A stretch of DNA of 64,000 nucleotides, taken from the NCBI GenBank assembly GCA_043826455.1, contig JBDRQD010000048.1, forward strand, positions 1 through 64,000. The letters are read 5' to 3'. Position 1 is the stretch's first letter, and every line of letters starts with the position of its first letter. Below are positions 17,106 through 27,319 of this stretch, in pieces. The position numbers were made by a program, and so were the translations under genes. Origin of the DNA: Candidatus Bathyarchaeota archaeon. GTDB taxonomy: Archaea; Thermoproteota; Bathyarchaeia; TCS64. A model generated the notes under the pieces. It ran no database searches and had not been told where the DNA came from. It saw only the letters and a list, made by a program, of their open reading frames with translations.

Positions 17106-17992
17106 TCAGCTCCCGCCCCTCGATGGGTGGAGATGCAGTACAGGTACGCCTCCTCAAGGGTCGGTGAGCTGGCTGGCCGCGCCTCACTAGCAGGGCTTTT
17201 CTCCGCGACAACCCGCGTGTGTAGGCCGTCCTCGCGGCGGATTATGCTGCTGAGGAGGTGCCTCTGCTTAGCGGAGGGGAGCTTAGAGCTAGAGATGACC
17301 CAGTCCCATACCTTCCCCTCGACCGACTGCAGCAGCTCCTCCGGGGACGACCGGACGAGTAGACGCCCCCGGTTGATGATGGCGATGTCGTTGGCCGTTG
17401 CCTCGACATCGGAGACAATGTGGGTCGAGAGGATCACGACACGGTCGCCGGCCAGCTCCGCCAGCAGATGCCTGAACCGCACCCGGCCCTCGGTGTCAAG
17501 CCCGACAGTCGGCTCGTCGACGATCAGTACCCTGGGGTCGTTCAGCAGGGCCTGGGCGATACCGATCCTCTGCTTCATGCCCCCCGAGTAGTCTCCCAGC
17601 GGGCGTTTACGCGCATCGATGAGGTTGACGAACGCCAGCAGGTCATCGATCCTTTCCTTCGCGGCGCCGGAGTCGACTCCCTTGATGGCGGCCATGTAGC
17701 GCAGGAACTCGTCGGCGTCGAGGTTGGGGTAGACCCCGAAGTCCTGGGGGAGGTAGCCCAGCACCGCCCGTATCTCATCCGGCTTCTCATTGATGTCGAC
17801 GCCGTCCCAGGTTACTGTACCTTGAGTGGGCTTTGTGATGGTCGCTATGATGCGCATCAGCGTGGACTTTCCAGCGCCATTGGGGCCAAGTAACCCTATA
17901 ACTCCTGAGCCAACTTCCAAACTGATGTTTTGTAAAGCGTAGACTTCACTTCCTTTGTAACGTTTACAAACCTTTTCAATGATTAGACTCAT
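17102..17992 (-). CDS. ABC transporter ATP-binding protein
   Basis: GPNGAGKS, YSGGMKQR, IVDEPT; ATG 17992 preferred over GTG 18001. Confidence 0.95.
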   Translation of the reverse strand: MSLIIEKVCKRYKGSEVYALQNISLEVGSGVIGLLGPNGAGKSTLMRIIATITKPTQGTVTWDGVDINEKPDEIRAVLGYLPQDFGVYPNLDADEFLRYMAAIKGVDSGAAKERIDDLLAFVNLIDARKRPLGDYSGGMKQRIGIAQALLNDPRVLIVDEPTVGLDTEGRVRFRHLLAELAGDRVVILSTHIVSDVEATANDIAIINRGRLLVRSSPEELLQSVEGKVWDWVISSSKLPSAKQRHLLSSIIRREDGLHTRVVAEKSPASEARPASSPTLEEAYLYCISTHRGAGAE

Positions 17993-18461
17993 GAGTCCCA
18001 CCGATTATATATCCAAATTCGGTATTTTGCAGGAGCTTTCAATGAAATTTCAAATTTACTTGCGAACATTAGTTAATTAAACTTGTTTAGTTTAACATCT
18101 TTAACATGTATGACGTTTCCAAGAATACCAACTTTGCACTATGTGCACACGTACGATGCATATTACACAAAGAACCATCCGATCCATAGTTTTTCGTCAC
18201 TTTATCTGGTCTAGGTGGACCCGCCCTTGATTTAGCCTAGGAGTTGGGTTCAGACTCTACCGCCGAGGGGTATCTCCCCAAACTTTAATTTTTTTTAAAA
18301 AAGTACGCTAGGTACGTGGCATGATCTTGGGAGGGGTGTGCCCGTAGTGGTATCTGCACAATCATTGACACGTTCATGACTACCGAACACAGTTGGACTG
18401 CAAGAATAGTCACGCCTTGAAGCTGTTATAAGCCTCCGCGACAACCACATATCGATCCCAC

Positions 18462-19643
18462 ATGAGAAACCCCTACAAACAGATGGGAATAAGAAGAGTC
18501 ATCAACGCCGCCTCATGCCTCACCAGACTAGGCGGCTCAATACCAGACCCACGCGTCTACAAAGCCATGCAGCAAGCATCTAAAAGCTTCGTCCAGATAC
18601 CTGAGCTCCAGCAATGGGCAGGAAGAGCCATCGCCAAAGCCACAGGAGCAGAGGCCGGCCTACCCACGGCCGGAGCCAACAACGCCATAACCCTGGCGGC
18701 AGCCGCCTGCATCATGAAAGGAACAGAACTCGAAAAACACGACCCCCTAAAGCTTGAAACCTGGACACCCCTAATCAAGAAGCTCCCAATGCACACACAG
18801 GGCCTAAAAACCCGCTTCATAGTCCAACGCAACAACCGCAACGTCTACGACCACGCCGTCGAGTGCGCCGGAGGCACTTTCGTCGAGGCCGACCCCACAG
18901 AGCAGGCCCTTCACAAAGCCTACGACCCGGCCACCACCGCCGCCTACTACTACACAGTCCGCTCAGCGGCTAACGCCCTGCCCCTCGAAACCCTCGTCAA
19001 GGTCGCCCACAGCCACAACACACCCGTCATCGTTGACGCCGCAGCCGAGCTACCCCCCAGAGCCAACCTAACCCGCTACACAAAGGCAGGAGCCGATCTC
19101 ACCATAATCAGCGGAGGCAAGTACATCGCAGGCCCCAACAACTCGGGAATCCTCGCAGGCAGAGCCGACCTCATCAAACTCGCCCACCTCCAAGCCTACC
19201 CCTTCCACGGCGTAGGCAGAGCCTCCAAGATGAGCCGCGAGACAATCGTAGGCTTCGTCACAGCCCTAAACATCTACCTAGAGGAAGACGAGCAAGAGAA
19301 GTACGCCGAATGGCTAACCAAAGCCGAGTGGATCAGAGACCAGTTCAAAGGAGTCCCCGGCGTAGAGGCCAGCATCGGCCACCACTCAACCATCGAGGAC
19401 GACCACCCCATGGTACCCGTGTGCACCCTAAAACTCGACCCAGCCACAACACACATAACCAGCGCCGAACTCACCGCACGCCTCCGCGACGGAGACCCCA
19501 GCATAGAGGTCCTCAACGAGCCCGCCTTCATCCTCAAGCAACCCAAAGGCAAGATGGTCATAAACCCCGAGTTCCTACAGCCTGGAGAAGCCGAGACCGT
19601 CGTCAAAGAGATCAAATCCATCTTCAGAAAAGCCGGGAAATAA
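18462..19643 (+). CDS. SelA/DgaE-like PLP-dependent enzyme
   Basis: RVINAAS..TRLGGS, IVDAAAE, SGGKYIAGP (PLP lysine), GRASK. Confidence 0.8.
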   Translation: MRNPYKQMGIRRVINAASCLTRLGGSIPDPRVYKAMQQASKSFVQIPELQQWAGRAIAKATGAEAGLPTAGANNAITLAAAACIMKGTELEKHDPLKLETWTPLIKKLPMHTQGLKTRFIVQRNNRNVYDHAVECAGGTFVEADPTEQALHKAYDPATTAAYYYTVRSAANALPLETLVKVAHSHNTPVIVDAAAELPPRANLTRYTKAGADLTIISGGKYIAGPNNSGILAGRADLIKLAHLQAYPFHGVGRASKMSRETIVGFVTALNIYLEEDEQEKYAEWLTKAEWIRDQFKGVPGVEASIGHHSTIEDDHPMVPVCTLKLDPATTHITSAELTARLRDGDPSIEVLNEPAFILKQPKGKMVINPEFLQPGEAETVVKEIKSIFRKAGK

Positions 19644-19702
19644 CCCCATTTTTCTTCACGTACACCACAAGCCTATGAACGCATCCGGCAAGCCCCCGCC
19701 CA

Positions 19703-20314
19703 TCAAGGAGCGCGCAACCCATAGATCACCATACCTGAGCCAACGTCCCGGATGAGAATGCTGGAAGGATAACGAAGAAGCACAAAGATCATCACCAGGT
19801 CCCCAGCCGACCCCGCAGCGTTCATGGCCACAAACAACACGTCAAGAAGCAACAACGAGGGAGGCAGGAAGAAGACAAGCAAGACCCCGACCAGGGTCAG
19901 AGAGATGAGGGGAGCCGCCCCCACCCACAGATACCTGTCACGCTGAAAATAGACATCTGGCGGCGCGGAAACGTAGACGAACACCCCTTTCAGCCCCACC
20001 GTGGGCGCCACACCCGACACACGCCAGAAGACGACCCCATGAACGAGCTCATGGAAAACCAACACCAAAACCAACACGGCGAAGCCGCTCAACAAGGACC
20101 CCAAGTCAAAGCTAACTATGATTCCACCCTCTTGATAATCCGCTATACCCAGGTCAAGGACGCCTGGACGCACAACATCCACGTACCAGGCCATGGCGAC
20201 GGCCACGGCGACGATCAGAATCAACCCGAGCAGAACCGCTGAAAACTTCATTCTCTGCTCACTGGTCAAGTCAATGACAGCCTTTTCGACGTACCCTTCT
20301 GGAGGAGACCCCAT
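19703..20314 (-). CDS. DUF3267-like membrane zinc metalloprotease
   Basis: HELVHG, AAPL and NAAGSAGD motifs; several TM segments. Confidence 0.75.
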   Translation of the reverse strand: MGSPPEGYVEKAVIDLTSEQRMKFSAVLLGLILIVAVAVAMAWYVDVVRPGVLDLGIADYQEGGIIVSFDLGSLLSGFAVLVLVLVFHELVHGVVFWRVSGVAPTVGLKGVFVYVSAPPDVYFQRDRYLWVGAAPLISLTLVGVLLVFFLPPSLLLLDVLFVAMNAAGSAGDLVMIFVLLRYPSSILIRDVGSGMVIYGLRAP

Positions 20315-20410
20315 TAAACCAGATCAACTCAAAGTGAAACATATTTCTTGTGGACACCGCCCGCGGCTCCACAACGCTTATTTCTAGAGAATCAAAAAAT
20401 AAACACAGAC

Positions 20411-20599
20411 ATGAAAACCAGGGTAGTCGTGGCGCTCCTCGCCATAACTCTGCTCCTAGCCGCAGCATACCCCGCCCTAGCCCAACTGAACACGGACGAG
20501 CAGAGCGAAGCCCTGCCCACCCCCATGAGCGACCCCTACCAGGAAGACTACATACCGTGCACCAACGCCAGATACAGGGCCTGGTTCGGCGCCTCATGA
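20411..20599 (+). CDS. Small secreted protein (62 aa)
   Basis: MKTRVVVALLAITLLLAAAYPALA-Q, a signal-peptide-like N-terminus. Confidence 0.5.
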   Translation: MKTRVVVALLAITLLLAAAYPALAQLNTDEQSEALPTPMSDPYQEDYIPCTNARYRAWFGAS

Positions 20600-20873
20600 A
20601 GAATGATAACCACCGGACGGGACCCGACACGAAGGAATACTACTATTTAATCGAGCCCCGAGTAGAATCCTTCACATACCTCTGAGAAAGCTGCCTGCCC
20701 TACATGCTCCCATCCCAAGTCCATGGGCATCATAGCCTCGGACAGGTCTTACGCAAGAATCAACACAGATTCAAAGTATATATTCATTGTGAATCGTAGG
20801 TGCCGAGGCAATGATCCCCACCCAACGACACCAAAACGTTAACCACTCGGCCAACAAATAAAGATCGATCAAG

Positions 20874-21698
20874 ATGAAAGTATTCATCAGCGTGGACATG
20901 GAGGGCATCAGCGGCATCGTAGACACCACCATGACCAGCCGCAAAGAACCCGACTACGAGAAAGGCCGATCCCTGATGGCTAAGGACGTCAACGCCTGCA
21001 TCGAAGGCATCCTACAAGCCGGCCCAGCAGAAATCACCGTCTGCGACGCCCACGGAGGCATGAACAACATAAACCCCGAGGACCTCCACCGGGACGCCGT
21101 CCTCGTCAGAGGCAGCCCCAAACCCCACAGCCAGATGAGCGGCATAGACGCAACCTACGACGCCTGCATCTTCATAGGCTACCACAGCAAGAAGGGCACC
21201 CTGGGCGGCATCCTCAGCCACACCTACAGCGGAGCCAGCGTCGAGTCGCTCCACATCAACGGCTCCGAGTCCGGGGAGACAGCCATGAACGCAGGCATCG
21301 CGGGCCACCACGGGGTCCCCCTCATAATGGTAGCAGGAGACCAGCAGGTGGCAGCCGAAGCAAAGAGCCTCAACCCCGACATCGAGGCAGCGGTAGTCAA
21401 GACCGCCGTGGGCCGCAGAGCCGCCCACTGCCTCCACCCCGAGAAGGCCCGGCAGCTCATCAAGGAGACCGCGGCCAAAGCCATCAAGAAGCACCGACGA
21501 GTCAAACCCGTGACATACACCACCCCCGTCACCTACACCATCAGATTCACCGACGCAACAAGAGCAGACGCAGCCGCCTACATCCCAGGAGCCAGACGCC
21601 TCGACGGCAAAACCATAGAGCTCACCGCCGACGACTACCTCACGGCCTACCACGGGTTCCTCGCGGCCGTCCTATGCGCCCAAGCCGTAAGCCAGTGA
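20874..21698 (+). CDS. dppA: M55 D-aminopeptidase
   Basis: ISVDMEG, CDAHG, IGYH, SHT and GET motifs. Confidence 0.92.
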   Translation: MKVFISVDMEGISGIVDTTMTSRKEPDYEKGRSLMAKDVNACIEGILQAGPAEITVCDAHGGMNNINPEDLHRDAVLVRGSPKPHSQMSGIDATYDACIFIGYHSKKGTLGGILSHTYSGASVESLHINGSESGETAMNAGIAGHHGVPLIMVAGDQQVAAEAKSLNPDIEAAVVKTAVGRRAAHCLHPEKARQLIKETAAKAIKKHRRVKPVTYTTPVTYTIRFTDATRADAAAYIPGARRLDGKTIELTADDYLTAYHGFLAAVLCAQAVSQ

Positions 21699-21764
21699 CT
21701 GGGGCCACAGTCAAAAAACCGCAGTCAAAAACCCTTTTTTAGCCCAAAAGAGACCAGAATACAC

Positions 21765-22322
21765 GTGAAAACCCAGAAAGACGAGCTCGAGGAAGCCCTC
21801 TTCCAGGCCCTAGCGGCGTCCGAGAGACGCGAGATACTCCGAGTAGCAGCCAGGGACCAGGGCGCCACATACACCCAGATACTGGGCGAGCTGAACATGA
21901 CCACGGGCAACCTCAACTACCACCTCAAACAGCTGGAGGGACTCCTAGAGAAAGACCAGGAACGCAGGTACAGGCCAACGCCCCTCGGAGCAGCCGCAGT
22001 CAACGTCCTCGCCTCCGCCTCAGAGGCCCCGCCGTCCGCCGAAGGCTACGTGGAGGCCGCCAGAGACTCCCAAACCGGCAGCGTCCACCCCACCGTCACC
22101 CGCATCCTACTCCTCGCCGCGGCCTTCAACGCCCTATTCCTCGCCATCTGGGGCTACATAGCGTACATAGCCGTCACCGAGGGCGGACCCACCTTCGTCC
22201 TCGGTGTCCTTGGCTTCCTCCTAGCCGCCGGCGCCCTCACACTCACATGGCTACTGAGGAGCCTCAGGACTGCCCCAGCATACGTCCGCCGCCTGGAGAG
22301 AAAGCTTGGGCTCACAGGCTGA
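21765..22322 (+). CDS. ArsR-like wHTH regulator with C-terminal TM helices
   Basis: FQALA..RREIL...TGNLNYHLKQL followed by two TM segments. Confidence 0.8.
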   Translation: MKTQKDELEEALFQALAASERREILRVAARDQGATYTQILGELNMTTGNLNYHLKQLEGLLEKDQERRYRPTPLGAAAVNVLASASEAPPSAEGYVEAARDSQTGSVHPTVTRILLLAAAFNALFLAIWGYIAYIAVTEGGPTFVLGVLGFLLAAGALTLTWLLRSLRTAPAYVRRLERKLGLTG

Positions 22323-22384
22323 CAGGCGTGGGCTATTCTAACGCCCGGTGAGCCGAAACAATCAAACAAAAGGGGGATGCGGGC

Positions 22385-24250
22385 CTACCTGAGCCCGGCC
22401 ACGCTCTTCTCCAGGAAGCCCAGGTCCAGCCTCTTCAGGGTCTCCTTCGTCGGGATGCCCCGCTCGTCCCAGCCCAGGGTCTCGTTGTACGCCTTCAGCT
22501 TCCTGTCCACCAGCTTCCTGTCCGTAGTCTTGCCCTTGTAGGGTCCGCTGGGCAGGGGCTCGTAGAACCGGGGCGGGTTGTCGTCGTCCTTCACGGGCGT
22601 CCACTTGAGGTCTGGCCCACCCAGCATGAGGAGCACCCTCTGCAGGGTCACGATCCTGGGGCCCGTCACCGTCCGCCAGCTCTCCAAGGTTATGGGGAAC
22701 CCGGTCACCGCCTTGGCGAAGTCGAAGATGATGGCCTTGGGTATGCCTGTGCAGAAGTCGCAGAAGACGCCGCTGTCGGCGAAGACGGCTTCGCTCATGT
22801 CGCTGTAACCGTCCTTGCTGACGCTTGTGTGGTCGCCGCCCTGCACGTTAGCCGCGTAGCTGATGTCATGGGTGTAGTCGGCGTCGCTCCGCGTACCATG
22901 GGCCCCGATCTCGATGCCCTTCACGTGCACCACGTATTTGAGGAGCTCCTCAGGCTTCCTGCCCTTCATCTCAGCTATCTTCAACGCGGCCCGGTAGGTG
23001 CCCTCGGCCAGCACGTCCCCGATCTTCTCCCGCTTCACCATCATCCTGAGTATCCTGTCAAAGGTCTCCACGTCGCCCCACCTGGGCTTGAACCCGAAGT
23101 CACTGTCCTTCAGTATGCCCCGCTGGTGGAGCTCAACCGCGAAGGCTGCCGTGTTGGGTCCGTTGATGCCGCTGTGACCCAGCTGGTCAGCTAAAGCGCT
23201 CAGGTGGATGTTGGCCTCGGGGTCGAAGATGCCGAAGTTGGTCCCGCAGTAAGCCTGAAGCTCATAGTCCGGCAAGTCGGTGATGTCGCCCTTCCACTTG
23301 CCCGTCTTGATGCAGCTCACCTTCATACAGTTGGTGGTGCAGTTGAAGTCGGCCCACTTCTTCTTCACCCAGAACCTGTCCTCGAACCTGGGTCCGCCGT
23401 AGCTCTTCTCGTCGTGCCACTCCTCCTGCCAGTTGCGGACGGGCTCAGAACTCATCTTTGCACCAACCTCATAGCCAAGATAGCCGGTGCCGTGGCGCCT
23501 GAACTGAGAGTCTTTTATTAGAAGCTGGTGGGTCTTCTTCCAGAGGAGCTTCACCGCTTCCGGCGCGTCCACCTTGGGGAATATGCCTCGGCTCTTGGCC
23601 ACCACTGCCTTAAGGTTCTTGCTGCCCATGAGACTGCCATAGCCGCCGTAGCCCGCCGCGTGACAAATCTTCGCCATCACCGCCGCGTTGCGGACGAGGT
23701 TCTCCCCGGCGGGGCCGATATAGATCATGCCCGGCTCCTTCCACAGGCCAACGCCAGGCTTCCGCTTCTGAAGCAGCTCGGTGACCTCCTTGTTCAGCTT
23801 AATCAGCGTCTTCTCGCCGTCCAGGCCCCACAGGTGGCCCGCGTCCCTGATCTCAGCGCCGTCATCGGTGATGAGCAGGTAGACGGGCTTGTCGGCTTTA
23901 CCGACGAAGGTTACGCCGTCGTAGCCTGCCTGCTTGATCTCGTTGGCGAACTCGGTGGCAGCGGTGCTGCCCACGGTGCCCATGCTTACGGGGCTCTTGC
24001 CGCTGACGCATATCCTGCTGCCAGGGTAGATGCCCGTCATTGGCCCGGTGTAGACCATCAGGGGGCTCTCAGGCGCAAGGGGGTCCAGGTCGGCCCACTT
24101 CTCTCCCACCATGTCCCAGAGGACCTTGGCTGCCAGGCCCCTGCCTCCGAAGTACTGCTCAAGCGTCTTGTCGCTGATGGTGACATCCTTGATCTTGTCC
24201 TTGGTGAGGTCCACCTCAAGCCACTTGCCTGCGTATCCGCCCGGGGTCAC
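22385..24250 (-). CDS. aor: Tungsten-containing aldehyde:ferredoxin oxidoreductase family protein
   Basis: FGGRGLAA, GKSP, IGPAGEN, MGSKNLKAV, GWDERGIPT. Confidence 0.9.
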   Translation of the reverse strand: MTPGGYAGKWLEVDLTKDKIKDVTISDKTLEQYFGGRGLAAKVLWDMVGEKWADLDPLAPESPLMVYTGPMTGIYPGSRICVSGKSPVSMGTVGSTAATEFANEIKQAGYDGVTFVGKADKPVYLLITDDGAEIRDAGHLWGLDGEKTLIKLNKEVTELLQKRKPGVGLWKEPGMIYIGPAGENLVRNAAVMAKICHAAGYGGYGSLMGSKNLKAVVAKSRGIFPKVDAPEAVKLLWKKTHQLLIKDSQFRRHGTGYLGYEVGAKMSSEPVRNWQEEWHDEKSYGGPRFEDRFWVKKKWADFNCTTNCMKVSCIKTGKWKGDITDLPDYELQAYCGTNFGIFDPEANIHLSALADQLGHSGINGPNTAAFAVELHQRGILKDSDFGFKPRWGDVETFDRILRMMVKREKIGDVLAEGTYRAALKIAEMKGRKPEELLKYVVHVKGIEIGAHGTRSDADYTHDISYAANVQGGDHTSVSKDGYSDMSEAVFADSGVFCDFCTGIPKAIIFDFAKAVTGFPITLESWRTVTGPRIVTLQRVLLMLGGPDLKWTPVKDDDNPPRFYEPLPSGPYKGKTTDRKLVDRKLKAYNETLGWDERGIPTKETLKRLDLGFLEKSVAGLR

Positions 24251-24771
24251 TCTATCACCTCCTCGCCTTTCTCTCCGAAGAACTTGATGGCCAGGTCCCT
24301 GGCAACCTCCACGGGGTGCCTGCTGTAGAGCTTCTTGTGCACGTTGGGGCCCTCATTCGTCAGAGTCAACGCGTTGTACCCTGCCTCGGTGCACACCTCA
24401 ACACATTTCGGCTCTCCTCCGCAGAGGTCGCATATCGTCGCCTTGTTGTCGCCGGGGTGGAGGAAGGGCACCGTGCCGGGGCACGCCGTTATGCAGGCAC
24501 CGCAGCTGGTGCACTTCTCACGGTCCACCAGCACGGCCCCCGTGTTGGTGTCTGTGCTCAGCGCATCAACGGGGCACGAGGCCACACAAGGGTAGTCCTG
24601 GCACTGGGCGCATAGGTGGGCCACCTCCAGGCCAGGGAAGGGCATGAACACTCTTACGCGTGACGCCTCAGGCCACATCCAGCCCTCGTGGTGCATGCTG
24701 CAAGCAAGCTCACAGCGTCTGCACCCTGAGCAGGCTGACTGGTCCCTGGCGATCCAGATCGGTTTAACCAT
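24247..24771 (-). CDS. 4Fe-4S dicluster protein (AOR partner)
   Basis: CSGCRRCELAC, CAQC..CVASCP, CTSCGACITACP, CDLC..CVEVC; ATG 24771 or GTG 24780. Confidence 0.9.
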   Translation of the reverse strand: MVKPIWIARDQSACSGCRRCELACSMHHEGWMWPEASRVRVFMPFPGLEVAHLCAQCQDYPCVASCPVDALSTDTNTGAVLVDREKCTSCGACITACPGTVPFLHPGDNKATICDLCGGEPKCVEVCTEAGYNALTLTNEGPNVHKKLYSRHPVEVARDLAIKFFGEKGEEVIE

Positions 24772-24856
24772 ATAATTCACCAGAAGTTGTCACTTTACCC
24801 AATTGTGAGAGACGTATAAAAAATGTGATGCGCACGCATAATCCAAAAAGGAGGGG

Positions 24857-25699
24857 CTACGCGAACGCCTTAGGAGTAGGGATCGTCTTCCACACCCTTA
24901 TGAACTCCGAGACGAACCCCACCCGCTCCTCGAAACGCTTCTTAGCTTCCTCAGCGTCCGCGTCCCTGGGATCATTCTTACCGTACACACCGCTGCTGGT
25001 GAAGTCATCCGTGTCCGGCTGGCCGCAGGCAGAGTACACCTGGCTCACCACCTCATAGTCCTTACGATCCGGGTCCAGGAACTCCATCAGCTTAGGGTCC
25101 AGCTTCAGGGTGACCTCCCAGTCCTCCAGCCGCCCCATCTCCACCAGCTCCGGGAACAGGGCCAGCGCCGTACCCGTCTCCGTAGGCCCACTGTGCACAT
25201 CCCAGTGCCGCTTCTGCCTGTCAGCCACAACCTTCGCCAGCTCTGTGCCCCCCGGACCCGTGGGCGCAGACACCATGACCCCGAACTCCCGCTTCGCCTG
25301 CTGAACCACCAGGTTCATGATCTGGGTGTTGCCGCCATGCCCGTTCATCAACACGAACCGTTTCACGCCGTGGTACGCCAGCGAGCCTATGGTGTCCATC
25401 AGCACCCCCGTCAAAGTCTCCACGCTGAAGGTCACAGTCCCCGGGAAACCCAGGTGATGCGGGCTGAACCCGGGCCAACAAGGGTGAACAGCCACACTGT
25501 TAGTCCGCCGCGCCACCTCGTGGACGTACTCGCGGATGGCCAGGGAGTCCGTCCCCAGGGGCAGGTGCGGCCCATGCTGCTCGATGCTGCCTATGCCTAT
25601 CACCGCCACGGGGCAGGGCTCATTGGTCAGCCAGTCCGCGAAGGCCGGCCGCGTCAACTCGTACAACCAGAACCTGCTCAAAACACCGTTCTCACTCAT
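24857..25699 (-). CDS. Creatininase-family amidohydrolase
   Basis: GSIEQHGPHLPLGTD, NGHGGN, HSGPTET; start chosen at MSENG. Confidence 0.9.
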   Translation of the reverse strand: MSENGVLSRFWLYELTRPAFADWLTNEPCPVAVIGIGSIEQHGPHLPLGTDSLAIREYVHEVARRTNSVAVHPCWPGFSPHHLGFPGTVTFSVETLTGVLMDTIGSLAYHGVKRFVLMNGHGGNTQIMNLVVQQAKREFGVMVSAPTGPGGTELAKVVADRQKRHWDVHSGPTETGTALALFPELVEMGRLEDWEVTLKLDPKLMEFLDPDRKDYEVVSQVYSACGQPDTDDFTSSGVYGKNDPRDADAEEAKKRFEERVGFVSEFIRVWKTIPTPKAFA

Positions 25700-25788
25700 T
25701 AAACCACCGAGGATACCTTGCAGCCGAAAACATAAAACATCATCCCCCGGGCCCCACACCTTATCAACCCAGAGGCCCAGAAATATCC

Positions 25789-27096
25789 ATGAACGTACTC
25801 AAACAGTACAGAGCCCAGAACAAGAGGAGCCTCCAGCTCTTCACAAGGGCCCAGAGGAGCCTGCCTTCAGGCAACACCAGGTCAGCCCTATACTGGCCCC
25901 CCCACCCCCTATACCTCGTGAGCGGGGCCGGCGGCAGGGTCACAGACGCCGACGGAAACACCCGCATCGACCTCAACTACAACAACACGGCCCTCATCCA
26001 CGGCCACAACCACCCGGAGATCGTCAAGGCCGCCCAGGAACAGTTCTCCCACGGCACAGTCCTGGGCGCACCCACGGAGCCCGAGGTCAAGCTGGCGGAG
26101 GAGCTGGTCAAGCGTCTCGGCGGCGGCCATAGGATACGGTTCACCCCCTCAGGCACAGAGGCAAACATGCAGGCCACCCGCACCGCCCGATCCGCAACAG
26201 GCAGACACATGATAGCCAAGTGCCTCGGCGCCTACCACGGCAGCTGGGACGCCGTGCCCCTCACCCCCGACGCCCCGGACATACCCCAGGGAGTCAAGGA
26301 CAACACCCTCTACTTCCCCTACAACGACCCCGACGCGGCCGAGAAGCTCATCAAGAAGCACAGGGACACCCTGGCCGCCGTCATCCTGGAGCCCACCATG
26401 AGGGACATGACCCCCGAGCCAGGGTTCCTGAAAGCCGTCCGGGAGGCCACGGAGGCCAACGACGTACTCCTCATCTTCGACGAGGTCATATCCTTCAGGC
26501 TTAGCCCAGGCGGAGCCCAGAGGCTCTACGGGGTTATCCCCGACATGACCACCATGGGCAAGATCATAGGAGGCGGCTTCCCTGTGGGCGCCTACGCCGC
26601 GCCCGAGGAGCATATGGCGCCGCTGATGATCCCTGAGGTGGAGCTGCCTGAGACCGCGTCGCCCGCCCTGGGCTTCAGCGGCACCTTCAACGCCCACCCC
26701 GTCACCATGGCCGCCGGCCTGGCAGCCATGAAGATGCTCACCCAGGCCAAGTACAAGAACCTGGCCTCCATGGGTGAAAGGATGCGTACAGGGCTGAGGA
26801 ATGTCCTAGATGAGGCGGGCCTGAAAGCCTACGTGGGCGGCGCCGGCAGCCTCTTCTTCATCTCCTGGACAGACCAGACTGTGAGAGACCACGCCTCATC
26901 CCAGACAGCGAACCGGGCCCTGAGCCACCTCTTCAACCTGGGGATGATGAACAAGGGCGTCTTCATACTGGGCCACCCCAACGTGTCCACTGTCCTGACG
27001 GGGGAGGACGCGAAGACGGTCCTGGAGGCGGCCCGGGCCACGGTGGAGGAGCTCAAACCCTTCATCAGGGACAGGGCCCCCCACCTGGTGGCCTAG
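25789..27096 (+). CDS. Class III PLP aminotransferase (GSA-aminomutase-like)
   Basis: SGTEA, LIFDEVIS, GKIIGGGFPVGA, GTFNAHP. Confidence 0.88.
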   Translation: MNVLKQYRAQNKRSLQLFTRAQRSLPSGNTRSALYWPPHPLYLVSGAGGRVTDADGNTRIDLNYNNTALIHGHNHPEIVKAAQEQFSHGTVLGAPTEPEVKLAEELVKRLGGGHRIRFTPSGTEANMQATRTARSATGRHMIAKCLGAYHGSWDAVPLTPDAPDIPQGVKDNTLYFPYNDPDAAEKLIKKHRDTLAAVILEPTMRDMTPEPGFLKAVREATEANDVLLIFDEVISFRLSPGGAQRLYGVIPDMTTMGKIIGGGFPVGAYAAPEEHMAPLMIPEVELPETASPALGFSGTFNAHPVTMAAGLAAMKMLTQAKYKNLASMGERMRTGLRNVLDEAGLKAYVGGAGSLFFISWTDQTVRDHASSQTANRALSHLFNLGMMNKGVFILGHPNVSTVLTGEDAKTVLEAARATVEELKPFIRDRAPHLVA

Positions 27097-27319
27097 CCCT
27101 CTAACATTTCTGGGGACCACATGCGGGGCCCCACCATGTGGATCACCGATCCGGATCACGGTTACATCAACCCTATTTACGGTGCCCCCCGGCTTCCCCC
27201 CATGACAAGCGTCGAGGCCCTGCTTTACGCCGCCCTGTACGCCTACGCCGCCCTGGGCCTAGGATACCTTCTGAGAAAGCTCACGGACGGCGGCCTAAAC
27301 CTGGAGCCCTGAGCCCAGC

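Noticed and set aside
18213..18237. Possible tRNA-Ala 3' remnant (GGTGGACCCGCC..GATTT)
   Set aside because: Only ~12 nt of resemblance and no T-loop; indistinguishable from chance.
18462..19643. Selenocysteine synthase / Sec system
   Set aside because: Archaea use SepSecS; no selB, selD or tRNA-Sec nearby; the protein fits the short SelA-like/DgaE group.
25789..27096. True hemL
   Set aside because: N-terminal motifs diverge and no tetrapyrrole genes are adjacent; left as a class III aminotransferase.
27121..27312. Small hydrophobic ORF between the aminotransferase and the kinase
   Set aside because: Possible one-TM peptide, but no recognisable motif and an uncertain start; insufficient support.
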